In this document: in pieces, positions 1 to 7,755 of the stretch
Layout: every line of letters starts with the position of its first letter
How positions within the stretch are numbered: position 1 is the first letter of the stretch
From: a virus
Lineage: Duplodnaviria; Caudoviricetes
Strand: one strand, 5' to 3'
IMG/VR virus record: IMGVR_UViG_3300027874_000004
Coordinates: 1 to 43,523 of that record
DNA: 43,523 nt
Position numbers and translations under genes: made by a program
Notes under the pieces: model-generated
What the model was told of the DNA's origin: nothing
The model's database searches: none
The model's input: the letters and a program-made list of their open reading frames with translations, nothing else

Positions 1-99
1 GGCTACCTGATGCGCCTGGCGGCCGAGCGGATAACCGGCGAGCCGCAGGAACGCTACAGCAATGCCCGCATGCGCCAGGGCAAAGAGCTGGAAGCCGAG
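1..99 (+). repeat. 99-bp terminal overlap, copy 1 (circularisation)
   Basis: Identical to 43425-43523. Confidence 0.97.
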
Positions 100-543
100 G
101 CGCGCGATCTCTACGCCTATCTGGAAAGCGTGAGGTGCGGCGGCGATCTGATCGAGCCGCAGCTCGTCGGGCTGATCAAGAACGGAATCGCCGGCTATTC
201 GCCCGATGGGCTGATCGGCGACTGCGGGCTGCTCGAGATCAAGACCCTGATCCCGCCGCTGATGGTCGGCCTCTTGAGCCAGGGCGGCTACCCGCCCGAG
301 CACAAGGCACAGCTCCAGGGCGGCCTCTGGGTCAGCAACCGGGGCTGGATTGATTTTGTCGGCTACTGGCCCGGCATGCCGCTGCATGTCGTCAGGGTCG
401 GGCGCGACGAGGATTACATCGCCGAATTGAGCAACGAGGTCGAACGGTTCGCCGCCGAGCTGGACGACGTTGTGCGCCGGGTCGGCATCAGCCCCAAGGC
501 AGCGCTGCGCGACATGATGGAGAGCAGCCTGGAGGTGCTTTGA
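1..543 (+). CDS. YqaJ/lambda-exonuclease family protein, C-terminal part (gene starts at GTG 43305 across the junction)
   Basis: Motifs M..G..LE..AR..Y, GYSPDGL, LLEIK, QLQGGLW, DFVGY; frame continuous with 43305-43523. Confidence 0.92.
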   Translation, partial: GYLMRLAAERITGEPQERYSNARMRQGKELEAEARDLYAYLESVRCGGDLIEPQLVGLIKNGIAGYSPDGLIGDCGLLEIKTLIPPLMVGLLSQGGYPPEHKAQLQGGLWVSNRGWIDFVGYWPGMPLHVVRVGRDEDYIAELSNEVERFAAELDDVVRRVGISPKAALRDMMESSLEVL

Positions 544-1022
544 TGAGCACGCTGCAGACCTTTGCCCATAGCCCGCGCGGCTATGTGCTGCGGTCGCTGC
601 AGATGCCTGATGGCAAGTTCCTGCAGCACGCGATCGTCGAATGCTCGACGCCCGGCTGCAACCGCACGGTCAAGACGCCGATGGAAGCCGATGCTTCGAT
701 CCTGATCATTCAAAAGTTCAGCAGGATGGGCTGGGCGATCTACAAAAACGGTAAGGCGCGCTGCCCCGAGCACGCGGAAAAACGCCGGAAGCAACAGCAT
801 CATTTCGTCAAACTGGGAGAGACCGTCAGCATGCCCGCATTGGAAACGCTGAGAACGATCAGCAACGAAGCCAAGCCGGCCGAGCCGGCGCCGGCCAAAA
901 AACCGGAGCCTGCTCTCTATCTCATCATTATCGACCCTGATGGATCGGCGACGGTCCACCCGATTAGGGATGCCGTGGAGATGCTCCTCGGTGACAAAGC
1001 GTATTTTGCGGTGCCGCGGTAA
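540..1022 (+). CDS. Hypothetical protein, possibly Zn-binding (C..PGC ... CPEH)
   Basis: Overlaps upstream stop; GC3-biased codons. Confidence 0.7.
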   Translation: MMSTLQTFAHSPRGYVLRSLQMPDGKFLQHAIVECSTPGCNRTVKTPMEADASILIIQKFSRMGWAIYKNGKARCPEHAEKRRKQQHHFVKLGETVSMPALETLRTISNEAKPAEPAPAKKPEPALYLIIIDPDGSATVHPIRDAVEMLLGDKAYFAVPR

Positions 1023-1457
1023 GTGGCCGACGATTGCATCGAACCCTATCGCGACTGCGTGCGCCGCCGGCAGGAACGGGTGCGCCGGGCGATCGAGGAG
1101 CACCCGGATCTGCCTAACCGGCGCATTGCCGAAATCGCCGGGGTCTCGCCGAGGGCAGTAAATAATCACAAGAAAACACTGGAGGATGCATCCTCCACCG
1201 AAACCGCTGTGGAATTGAAAGACCTCTATCGTCCCGACATCGACTATCTGGAGCATCGGGGCGTCAAGCTGTTCCAGTCGGCCATGTGGCAATGCAGTTT
1301 GGCCGACATGGCCTTTATTTGGGACAAACTGGTCCCCGATTTCGAGCGCGAGCTGTTTAACCGGATCTTGAAGAGAAGGAGACCAACACATGATCGGATC
1401 AAACAAAAACTCAGGGAGAATGGAGCTGCCGAGGCGGATACCGTTGCGGATGATTAG
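1023..1457 (+). CDS. HTH-containing protein
   Basis: PDLPNRRIAEIAGVSPRAVNNHKK is a typical HTH; abuts upstream gene. Confidence 0.7.
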   Translation: MADDCIEPYRDCVRRRQERVRRAIEEHPDLPNRRIAEIAGVSPRAVNNHKKTLEDASSTETAVELKDLYRPDIDYLEHRGVKLFQSAMWQCSLADMAFIWDKLVPDFERELFNRILKRRRPTHDRIKQKLRENGAAEADTVADD

Positions 1458-1821
1458 CGACGATATTGCGACAGCGGTCTGCAATTCGCCGAAATACTGC
1501 GCTATCGCCCAAACGGTCTACCGTCAGCTCGACCTGCCGATCGGGCGCGTGCGCGTGACCACGGCAGGCGTTTCGATCAGGAAAGGGGAATACCGCTACT
1601 ATTACCGGGTGCCACATCGCGCCTGCGTTCTCGTCCACGATTTCGACGAGGGCAGATCGGTGAAGCCGATCGCCTTCACGCTGACGCTGTCCGACCGGCG
1701 CAAGATCCAGTCCGTCCTCGATGATCGCCGGCAGCAGGTGAACAAGGCCCGCCGCGCGCGCGAGCAAGCCATGCGAGCAGTTGGCGGCAAGCCGAAAGTC
1801 TACAAGCGCTATGGCATCTGA
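1450..1821 (+). CDS. Hypothetical protein
   Basis: ATG 1450 overlaps previous gene end; operon context. Confidence 0.65.
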   Translation: MISDDIATAVCNSPKYCAIAQTVYRQLDLPIGRVRVTTAGVSIRKGEYRYYYRVPHRACVLVHDFDEGRSVKPIAFTLTLSDRRKIQSVLDDRRQQVNKARRAREQAMRAVGGKPKVYKRYGI

Positions 1822-2311
1822 GCCGCTTTGGTTTCGCTGGAATGGATCGGCGATGATGCCGATGCGGCCCGATGCTGCAGCGCACCAGTATGTCGTCGAC
1901 CAGCGTTACCTGCTCGAGGCGCATCACGAGCGCAGCTATGCTCGGCATCGGGCGTATTTCGCGGCGCTGCACGCAGCCTGGTCGAGCCTGGCGACCGACG
2001 ATTTCCCGACCAGCGAGCATCTGCGCAAGTTCGCGTTGATCCGCACCGGCTGGCGCGACGAGCGCATGTTCGCGTGCCATGATCTGCAAGAGGCGATGCG
2101 CCTGCAGGCCTTTGTGCGGCCGATGGATGACTACGCAATCGTCACCATCGACCATCCGGCCCTGGTGCGCGTCTGGACGGCTAAATCGCAATCGTACAAG
2201 GCCATGGGCCGACCGGATTTCAACCAATCGATGGAAGACGTGTTGACCTACTGCGCCAGCCTGATCGGCGTCACCAAGGACGAGTTGCAGGCCCAGGGGG
2301 AATTAGCATGA
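1811..2311 (+). CDS. NinB/DUF1367-like recombination accessory protein
   Basis: RS...HR.YFA, EHLRKFALI..G, AKSQSYKAM...DF..S.EDVL pattern; lies in ERF/YqaJ operon. Confidence 0.7.
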   Translation: MASEPLWFRWNGSAMMPMRPDAAAHQYVVDQRYLLEAHHERSYARHRAYFAALHAAWSSLATDDFPTSEHLRKFALIRTGWRDERMFACHDLQEAMRLQAFVRPMDDYAIVTIDHPALVRVWTAKSQSYKAMGRPDFNQSMEDVLTYCASLIGVTKDELQAQGELA

Positions 2312-2583
2312 GCGAACCCGTCGAAATGCGCGCCTATATCGACCTCTACTACGTCATCGCCTCCTGGATCAAAGGCCTGCACTGGGACGAGCCGGGGCCG
2401 CCGATCGAGATGCTCGCCGAGCGGCTGCGGGCCGAGCTGGAACGCGGGCAGGCAGATGCCGACGACACTCGCGCGCTGCTGCATGCGGCCAGGGAGGTGA
2501 CCCGCTACGTCTGCGATCAGGTGTTGGTCAATGCCGAGGAGGTGATCTACCGCCAGCCGACGCACAAGGCCGGCCATGCATAG
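2308..2583 (+). CDS. Hypothetical protein
   Basis: ATGA overlap, GGGGG RBS. Confidence 0.7.
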   Translation: MSEPVEMRAYIDLYYVIASWIKGLHWDEPGPPIEMLAERLRAELERGQADADDTRALLHAAREVTRYVCDQVLVNAEEVIYRQPTHKAGHA

Positions 2584-3166
2584 GCAATGCGGCGCCTGCA
2601 CGCTGTGCTGCAAGCTGCTGCCGGTGTGGGAGCTGGGCAAAGCGGCGAACACCAAATGCGGCGCGCAGTATTCGCGCGGCTGCCGGATCTATCATCAGGC
2701 CGGGTTCCCGGCGAGCTGCGCGCTGTGGAGCTGCCGCTGGCTGCTGGGCGAGCCTGGCATCCCCAGGCCCGACCATGCCGGTTGGGTGCTCGACGTCATC
2801 CCTGACGCCGTCAAGGCCAGGAACAACGAGACCGGCGAGGTGACGATGATTCCGGTCATTGTCGCCTGGGTCGCGCCTGGGACCGACGCGCTGCGCGACG
2901 ACCGGCTGCTCGCCTATGCCGAGCGCAAGGCCAAGGAGGATCATGTCGGCCTGCTGCTGCGCTACGGCACCGATCGGGCGGTCGCGGTCTTCCCGCCGGG
3001 GATCGCCACGGACAACGAGTGGCATGTCATCGACGGCGAGCATATGCAACGGGTCAACACGGTGACCGGCAATCTGCTGCTCGAGGCAATGGCGCAGCAG
3101 CGGCAAACATCGGCAAACATTGGGGAAAACGGTGGCACACCGAGCCAGGAATTTCCGGCAGCGTGA
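2576..3166 (+). CDS. YkgJ-like Cys-cluster (Zn/Fe-chelating) protein
   Basis: CGACTLCC ... C ... GCRIY ... P.SC..WSC.WL. Confidence 0.75.
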   Translation: MHRQCGACTLCCKLLPVWELGKAANTKCGAQYSRGCRIYHQAGFPASCALWSCRWLLGEPGIPRPDHAGWVLDVIPDAVKARNNETGEVTMIPVIVAWVAPGTDALRDDRLLAYAERKAKEDHVGLLLRYGTDRAVAVFPPGIATDNEWHVIDGEHMQRVNTVTGNLLLEAMAQQRQTSANIGENGGTPSQEFPAA

Positions 3167-3344
3167 TATTACGGCGGCTGTTAAAGCCGTTCAAAACGCA
3201 GGACAATCGGTCGCGCGCGTCGAGGTTGATGGCGAGGGCAAGCTTACGATATATGTAGGCGACGGCAACATCGCCGCTGACGAGAAGGACGTTGAGACAT
3301 GGAACAGCAGATTGAAACGGGGCATCCGGCAGCGGCTCAGCTGA
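3132..3344 (+). CDS. Small integrase-associated, putative excisionase-like protein
   Basis: FRQRDITAAVKAV..AG.SVARVEVD.EGKLTI resembles small ORFs preceding alphaproteobacterial phage integrases; overlaps int start. Confidence 0.65.
   Translation: MAHRARNFRQRDITAAVKAVQNAGQSVARVEVDGEGKLTIYVGDGNIAADEKDVETWNSRLKRGIRQRLS
3254..3270 (+). promoter_or_regulatory. Operator-like box TGTAGG-N5-GCAACA upstream of integrase
   Basis: TGTAGGCGACGGCAACA, perfect match, 28 nt before ATG 3299. Confidence 0.7.
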
Positions 3345-4615
3345 GCCGGCACTACCCCGAGATCACCAACTGGCGGGATCTCCCGCACCTGCAGCTCCCG
3401 ACCGTGGGCAGCACCGAATACCACTACGTTCGCGGCAAGGGCCAGCAGCGCTTCGGCTCGGGCAGCCTGCACAAATTCGGCGAGGCCGGCTCACCGGCCT
3501 GGATTGCCGAATACGACGCGCGGGTCGACGCGCTGAAGGCGAGCGCCGCCGATGTCGAGGCGATGCATTCGGGCCGCAAGGTGATCGGAAAAAAAAGGTT
3601 GGCCCCAACCGCGCCAGGCTCGCTCGGGCACGCGGTTGAGGCCTATCTGGTTTCCGACGATTTCACCAAAAGCCGGCAATTCGCGGCCAAGAGCACGCGC
3701 GGCATGAAGACCGACATCCTGCGCCGCTGGTGCAAGGAGCCGGTCGAGGCAGGCTCGAGCGATGTCTGGGGCCAGGCGCCGATCGCCGAGATCGATGCCG
3801 AGGCCCTGGAAGGGCTGCTGCTCAGCTACAAGAACACGCACGGCAAGGCGCGCAATTTCCGCGCCGCGATCCGGCCGTTCTACGCCTGGCTCTACGAGCG
3901 CAAGATGATCCCGACCCGCGATAAGGACGGCAAGCGGATCATCAACCCGACCCTGCTGCTGCAGGTGCCGAAACGGCCGGAAGACGCCGGCCTGCGCCCG
4001 CTGACCGCCGACGAGCTGAAGGCTTGCCAGCGGACCTGGGCGCCGGGCACCTACGAGCGCGCCGCGGTCGAGCTGATGTTCCAGCTCGGGCCGGCATGCG
4101 CCGACGTGATCCGGCTCGGGCCGGCGAACGTGAAGACCGACCGCGACGGCAACCGGGTCTGCGCCTATCACCGGCAGAAGATCCGCAATCCCAACAAGGG
4201 CAACGCCTACCCGCCGTTCCGCAGCAGCCTGGAGGATCACTTCCTCAAGACGCTGCCGGTGCAGCCGCTGCCGGGGATGCCCTGGCTACTCGACAAGAAC
4301 GGCCGGCCCTGGACCGACCGCAAGGACGCCGCCAACGAATTCAGCAAATGGGTGATCCGCCGGGTGCTGGGCAAGGCGGGCGTCGTTGACGGGTCGGCGC
4401 ACGGGTTCCGCAAGCTGTCGGCGATCGAAGCCGCCTACCGCAAGATGGACCTCTGGCAGATGAAGTCGGTCTTCGGTTGGGACACACTGGCGATGCCGAG
4501 CTACTACACCCAGCTCGCCAATGCGATGCGCTTCGGGTTCCAGGCGGCGAACGATTTCGCCGATGGCTGGGAGCCGGAAGACGACGACGAGGCGGTTGTT
4601 AAAACCGGGGAATAG
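3299..4615 (+). CDS. int: Tyrosine recombinase/integrase
   Basis: HGFRK (HxxR), FGW, YYT; box I reads LGPACADVIRLG with no Arg at the expected position. Confidence 0.9.
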   Translation: MEQQIETGHPAAAQLSRHYPEITNWRDLPHLQLPTVGSTEYHYVRGKGQQRFGSGSLHKFGEAGSPAWIAEYDARVDALKASAADVEAMHSGRKVIGKKRLAPTAPGSLGHAVEAYLVSDDFTKSRQFAAKSTRGMKTDILRRWCKEPVEAGSSDVWGQAPIAEIDAEALEGLLLSYKNTHGKARNFRAAIRPFYAWLYERKMIPTRDKDGKRIINPTLLLQVPKRPEDAGLRPLTADELKACQRTWAPGTYERAAVELMFQLGPACADVIRLGPANVKTDRDGNRVCAYHRQKIRNPNKGNAYPPFRSSLEDHFLKTLPVQPLPGMPWLLDKNGRPWTDRKDAANEFSKWVIRRVLGKAGVVDGSAHGFRKLSAIEAAYRKMDLWQMKSVFGWDTLAMPSYYTQLANAMRFGFQAANDFADGWEPEDDDEAVVKTGE

Positions 4616-4627
4616 GCCCCGGCCCAA

Positions 4628-4719
4628 TCCTGATAACCCGTTGATAACGCGCTGTAAAAACAGCATTGCCCTGTCCCCTCAGAACAGCGGACAATGCACA
4701 AGATCAAAGGGTTATCGGA
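4628..4719. promoter_or_regulatory. Candidate attP with two inverted IHF-consensus sites
   Basis: TAACCCGTTGATA (4634-4646, reverse WATCAANNNNTTR) and GATCAAAGGGTTA (4702-4714) flank an imperfect palindrome at 4663-4697, directly downstream of int. Confidence 0.65.
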
Positions 4720-4907
4720 ACTCCTTGACACGCCGGGACAGCCAGCCTGCTCCCGGCGTATTTACATCTTACCGGCAGACCCGCAGTTCGTCAGCCAGGT
4801 CGGGCTCCCTGGTTCCGGCCGGCGCCTGGGCGATGCAGACATGCCAGGAGATCACAGTCATCGGTTCGCAGGCAACGAGCTGCGACAAGAGCGCCAGGGC
4901 GAACAGG

Positions 4908-4949
4908 TTGCGAGCGAGCATCGGCGGGCCTATGTGGGGATCAGCAACA
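4908..4949 (+). promoter_or_regulatory. Putative promoter TTGCGA-N17-TATGTG overlapping a near-consensus box
   Basis: Box TGTGGGGATCAGCAACA at 4933-4949 (1 mismatch). Confidence 0.5.
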
Positions 4950-4961
4950 TGAAGGCTGATT

Positions 4962-5150
4962 GTGATGCACTTTTTATTGATGCTGCTTGTGATGGCGATC
5001 CTCAGCGTTCCGTTCGCGCTGTTTATTGTGATCCCATTCTTGACCTGGCTCATGGAGCCAACCGAGGTCTGGCTCGAGCGTCGCAACGACAAGGAGCGTC
5101 GTCGCAACGAGAGGCGGCTGCGCTCGCAGCAGCCTATTGAGTGGCTGTAG
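4962..5150 (+). CDS. Small membrane protein (moron-like)
   Basis: About 30 hydrophobic N-terminal residues then an Arg/Glu-rich tail; candidate promoter; converges on the late arm. Confidence 0.7.
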   Translation: MMHFLLMLLVMAILSVPFALFIVIPFLTWLMEPTEVWLERRNDKERRRNERRLRSQQPIEWL

Positions 5151-7752
5151 GCGCCGGCATCAGCTTGTAGCCCGGCGCGAGCTGCGGCGTCGGTCCTACC
5201 GGCGCTTGGCTCTGCTGCTGCTGCGCCTGGCGGCCCTGGGCATCGGTAAAGGGCCGCAGGTTGGTCAGCAACGGCGTCCTGCTTTCGACGTAGCGCATCG
5301 CTGCGATCGTCGCGGGCGTGTTGATGCCATCGGGATTGTATTTGAGCAGCAGCTTCCTGGCATAGGCCGGATCGGTCAGCGCCTGGCGTTGCACCTGAGC
5401 GATCGCGTTGTTGCGACCTTCCCTTAGCTTGCCGACCAGGCCGCCGATGACGCCTGTTCCGGTGCCGACCGCAGCGGCGCCGGCTTCCCAAGGGTAACCA
5501 AAATAATGCGCCAGCAGGCTACCGGCGGCCGCGCCCATTAGGCCGCCAGCGCTGCTGAGTGCAGCCATCGGACCATGGCCGCCGAGCGGCTTTGCCTCTG
5601 CCGTGGTCTGAGCAGTGCCGCTAGTGCCGGCAACGCGGCTCTGCGGCGTCTGCGCCATGTTCTGCAGCTCTTCGTTGACCCGGCGGATCGCCGCGGCCTG
5701 CTCGGGCGTGTAGGCCTGGTCGATCAGACCGCCTTCCCTGGTCACCAGCCGATTAACCGCATCGGCCGACAGCATCTGGGCGCCCTGGGCATCGGTTTTC
5801 TGCAGGCCGAGGCCCCTCGGCGCCAGCGACGTTGAACCGCCCTCAACGGTATCGTAGAGCTGCTGATAGGCCTGCTGCTGGGTCAGCGCCCGCTGCGCGC
5901 CCTCGGCCGTCGAGAATTGCCTCTGCAGCGTCGGGAAGCGCATCAGCGCATCGCCGTACTTGCCGGTGATCTTGTTCAGCTCGGCGAGGTTGACCGAGCC
6001 GTCCGGGTTGATTGCGTTGTCGCGCACCTGGCCGGCGATGTAGCGCTGCAGGGCCGCGGTCGAGGCCTCGGGATCGCCAAAGACCGAATGCAGCCGATCG
6101 AGCGCATCGGCCGAGCCGGTGCCGGTCAGGAAAGCATTCGCGACCGCGTCATTGCTCTGCAGGTAACGCGTGTCGTACTGGTCGCGCTTCAGCGCCGCGC
6201 CGAAAGGCGCCGCCTTGAAGACATCGAGCGGCTCGGAATTCCGCCGCCATGCAGCGACCGCGGCGCCGATCTCGGGAACCTGATCGGCGAGGTGATCGTC
6301 AAGCCGGTTCTTGATGTCGAAGACGGCACGCTGCGCTTCCGTGTTGCCGCTTCTGCCATAGCTGGCCGCGAGGTCGCCCAGGGCCTTGCGCGAGCTGTTG
6401 GCAAAATCCGCGGTGTCAAGCGTGATCCCGGTCGCCGATGTGAGCTGCCTGCCGGCCGCCTGATAGGCAGCGCCGAGATCGCCCGCGCTCTGCGATGCCA
6501 TCTGCGTCGCGTAATCGCGGATCGGCTGCAGGTTTACGCGAGCGGGGTTGTCCTTCAGCGCGTCAAAGGCGCCGCCGGCCGCGTCCCTGGTCGCCTGACG
6601 CTCGTCGTAGATGCGCTGCAGCTCCTGTCGGAATGCCTCGCCGGCATCCTGCCGCGACAGGCCCGGCGGAATTGCCCTGATGGCGGCGTCGCGGTCGGCC
6701 TGGGCCTGGGCGAGAAGGGCCGGCGCATTGGCCGGCGTCGCGCCGGCCAGGGCACCGCGCTGCGCCTGGTTGACCTGGCTGCGGAGCTGCTCGTAGATCG
6801 GGTCATCAGCGCGCGCGGCCGCAACCTGATCCTTGTAGACCATGCCGCGGATGCCAGGCAGCTCGCTGATGTCGCCGAGGGTCGGGCCGAGCGGCTGGCC
6901 CGCTTCGCCGGTCAGCGTCGTCGTGCCGGCGCCGGTCGGCAGGCTCGAGGTCGTCCAATCCTGCCAGCGCCGATCACCGAGATCGACGAGATCGCGCCCG
7001 GTCATGCCGCCCGCTGCGGCACGGAGCCGATCCACTACGGTCTGCTCGGCCTGTTCCCTGGACGAGCTGAGCAGGCCGGGCAATTGCTTTGCGCCATAGG
7101 CGCCGGCAGCGGTCAGCGCGTTGGTGCCGAGGCCGGCGCCGCCGGCAACGAGCATTTTCTGCCACAGCGGCGCGTCGGGGTAGTAGGTGTTCATGGCCTC
7201 GCCGGCCAGGCCAGAGGTGCCGCCCGCCAGCATGCGAGCCGCGGCGCCCTCGGGACCGCCGACAACGCCACTGGCAGCGCCCGAGACCAGGCCGGAATAG
7301 AGCCGGCCGGCCGGCGTCTTTGGCGTGTAATTCGCGCCGATCGGGTCGAGGTACATGTTCGCCAGTTCGTCGCCGGAATAGGTATGGCGAGCGAGCCAGC
7401 CAGGCTGGCCTGCTGTCGGGCTGGGCGTGCCGCGCAGCCGCATTTCGCGGTCCCACTCGAGGTCGGCAAGCTGGCCCGCGGCGTGCGGCAGACCAGGCAA
7501 CGCGGCGAGGCCTTTGATGGCGCTGGCGCCGGTATTCGCGGCGACGTCGCTGCCCCATTGCTGCCAGGTCTCAGGCGGCGGCGGCGGCTGGCTCGGCCGA
7601 CTCAGCGCGTCCTCGAGATCCTGCTTGGCATTGGCGAGCGGGCCGGCCGGCACCATCGTCGGCGGCGGCGTATAGCCGGGCGGCGTCGCCGCCGTGGGAT
7701 CGCTCTGCAGATAAGCGTCGAGGTCGCTTTTTGCGTCGTCGAGCGTGCTCAT
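5134..7752 (-). CDS. Internal virion / DNA ejection protein (872 aa)
   Basis: Large Ala/Gly-rich protein with hydrophobic Gly-rich segments; last gene of the morphogenesis arm. Confidence 0.75.
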   Translation of the reverse strand: MSTLDDAKSDLDAYLQSDPTAATPPGYTPPPTMVPAGPLANAKQDLEDALSRPSQPPPPPETWQQWGSDVAANTGASAIKGLAALPGLPHAAGQLADLEWDREMRLRGTPSPTAGQPGWLARHTYSGDELANMYLDPIGANYTPKTPAGRLYSGLVSGAASGVVGGPEGAAARMLAGGTSGLAGEAMNTYYPDAPLWQKMLVAGGAGLGTNALTAAGAYGAKQLPGLLSSSREQAEQTVVDRLRAAAGGMTGRDLVDLGDRRWQDWTTSSLPTGAGTTTLTGEAGQPLGPTLGDISELPGIRGMVYKDQVAAARADDPIYEQLRSQVNQAQRGALAGATPANAPALLAQAQADRDAAIRAIPPGLSRQDAGEAFRQELQRIYDERQATRDAAGGAFDALKDNPARVNLQPIRDYATQMASQSAGDLGAAYQAAGRQLTSATGITLDTADFANSSRKALGDLAASYGRSGNTEAQRAVFDIKNRLDDHLADQVPEIGAAVAAWRRNSEPLDVFKAAPFGAALKRDQYDTRYLQSNDAVANAFLTGTGSADALDRLHSVFGDPEASTAALQRYIAGQVRDNAINPDGSVNLAELNKITGKYGDALMRFPTLQRQFSTAEGAQRALTQQQAYQQLYDTVEGGSTSLAPRGLGLQKTDAQGAQMLSADAVNRLVTREGGLIDQAYTPEQAAAIRRVNEELQNMAQTPQSRVAGTSGTAQTTAEAKPLGGHGPMAALSSAGGLMGAAAGSLLAHYFGYPWEAGAAAVGTGTGVIGGLVGKLREGRNNAIAQVQRQALTDPAYARKLLLKYNPDGINTPATIAAMRYVESRTPLLTNLRPFTDAQGRQAQQQQSQAPVGPTPQLAPGYKLMPAPTATQ

Positions 7753-7755
7753 CGG

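Noticed and set aside
3589-3596. A8 tract in the integrase as a frameshift or phase-variation site
   Set aside because: The ORF is open through it and nothing indicates an alternative product
5146-5162. Another box copy, TGTAGGCGCCGGCATCA (1 mismatch)
   Set aside because: Lies at the overlapping 3' ends of convergent genes rather than at a promoter; may be chance, so not counted
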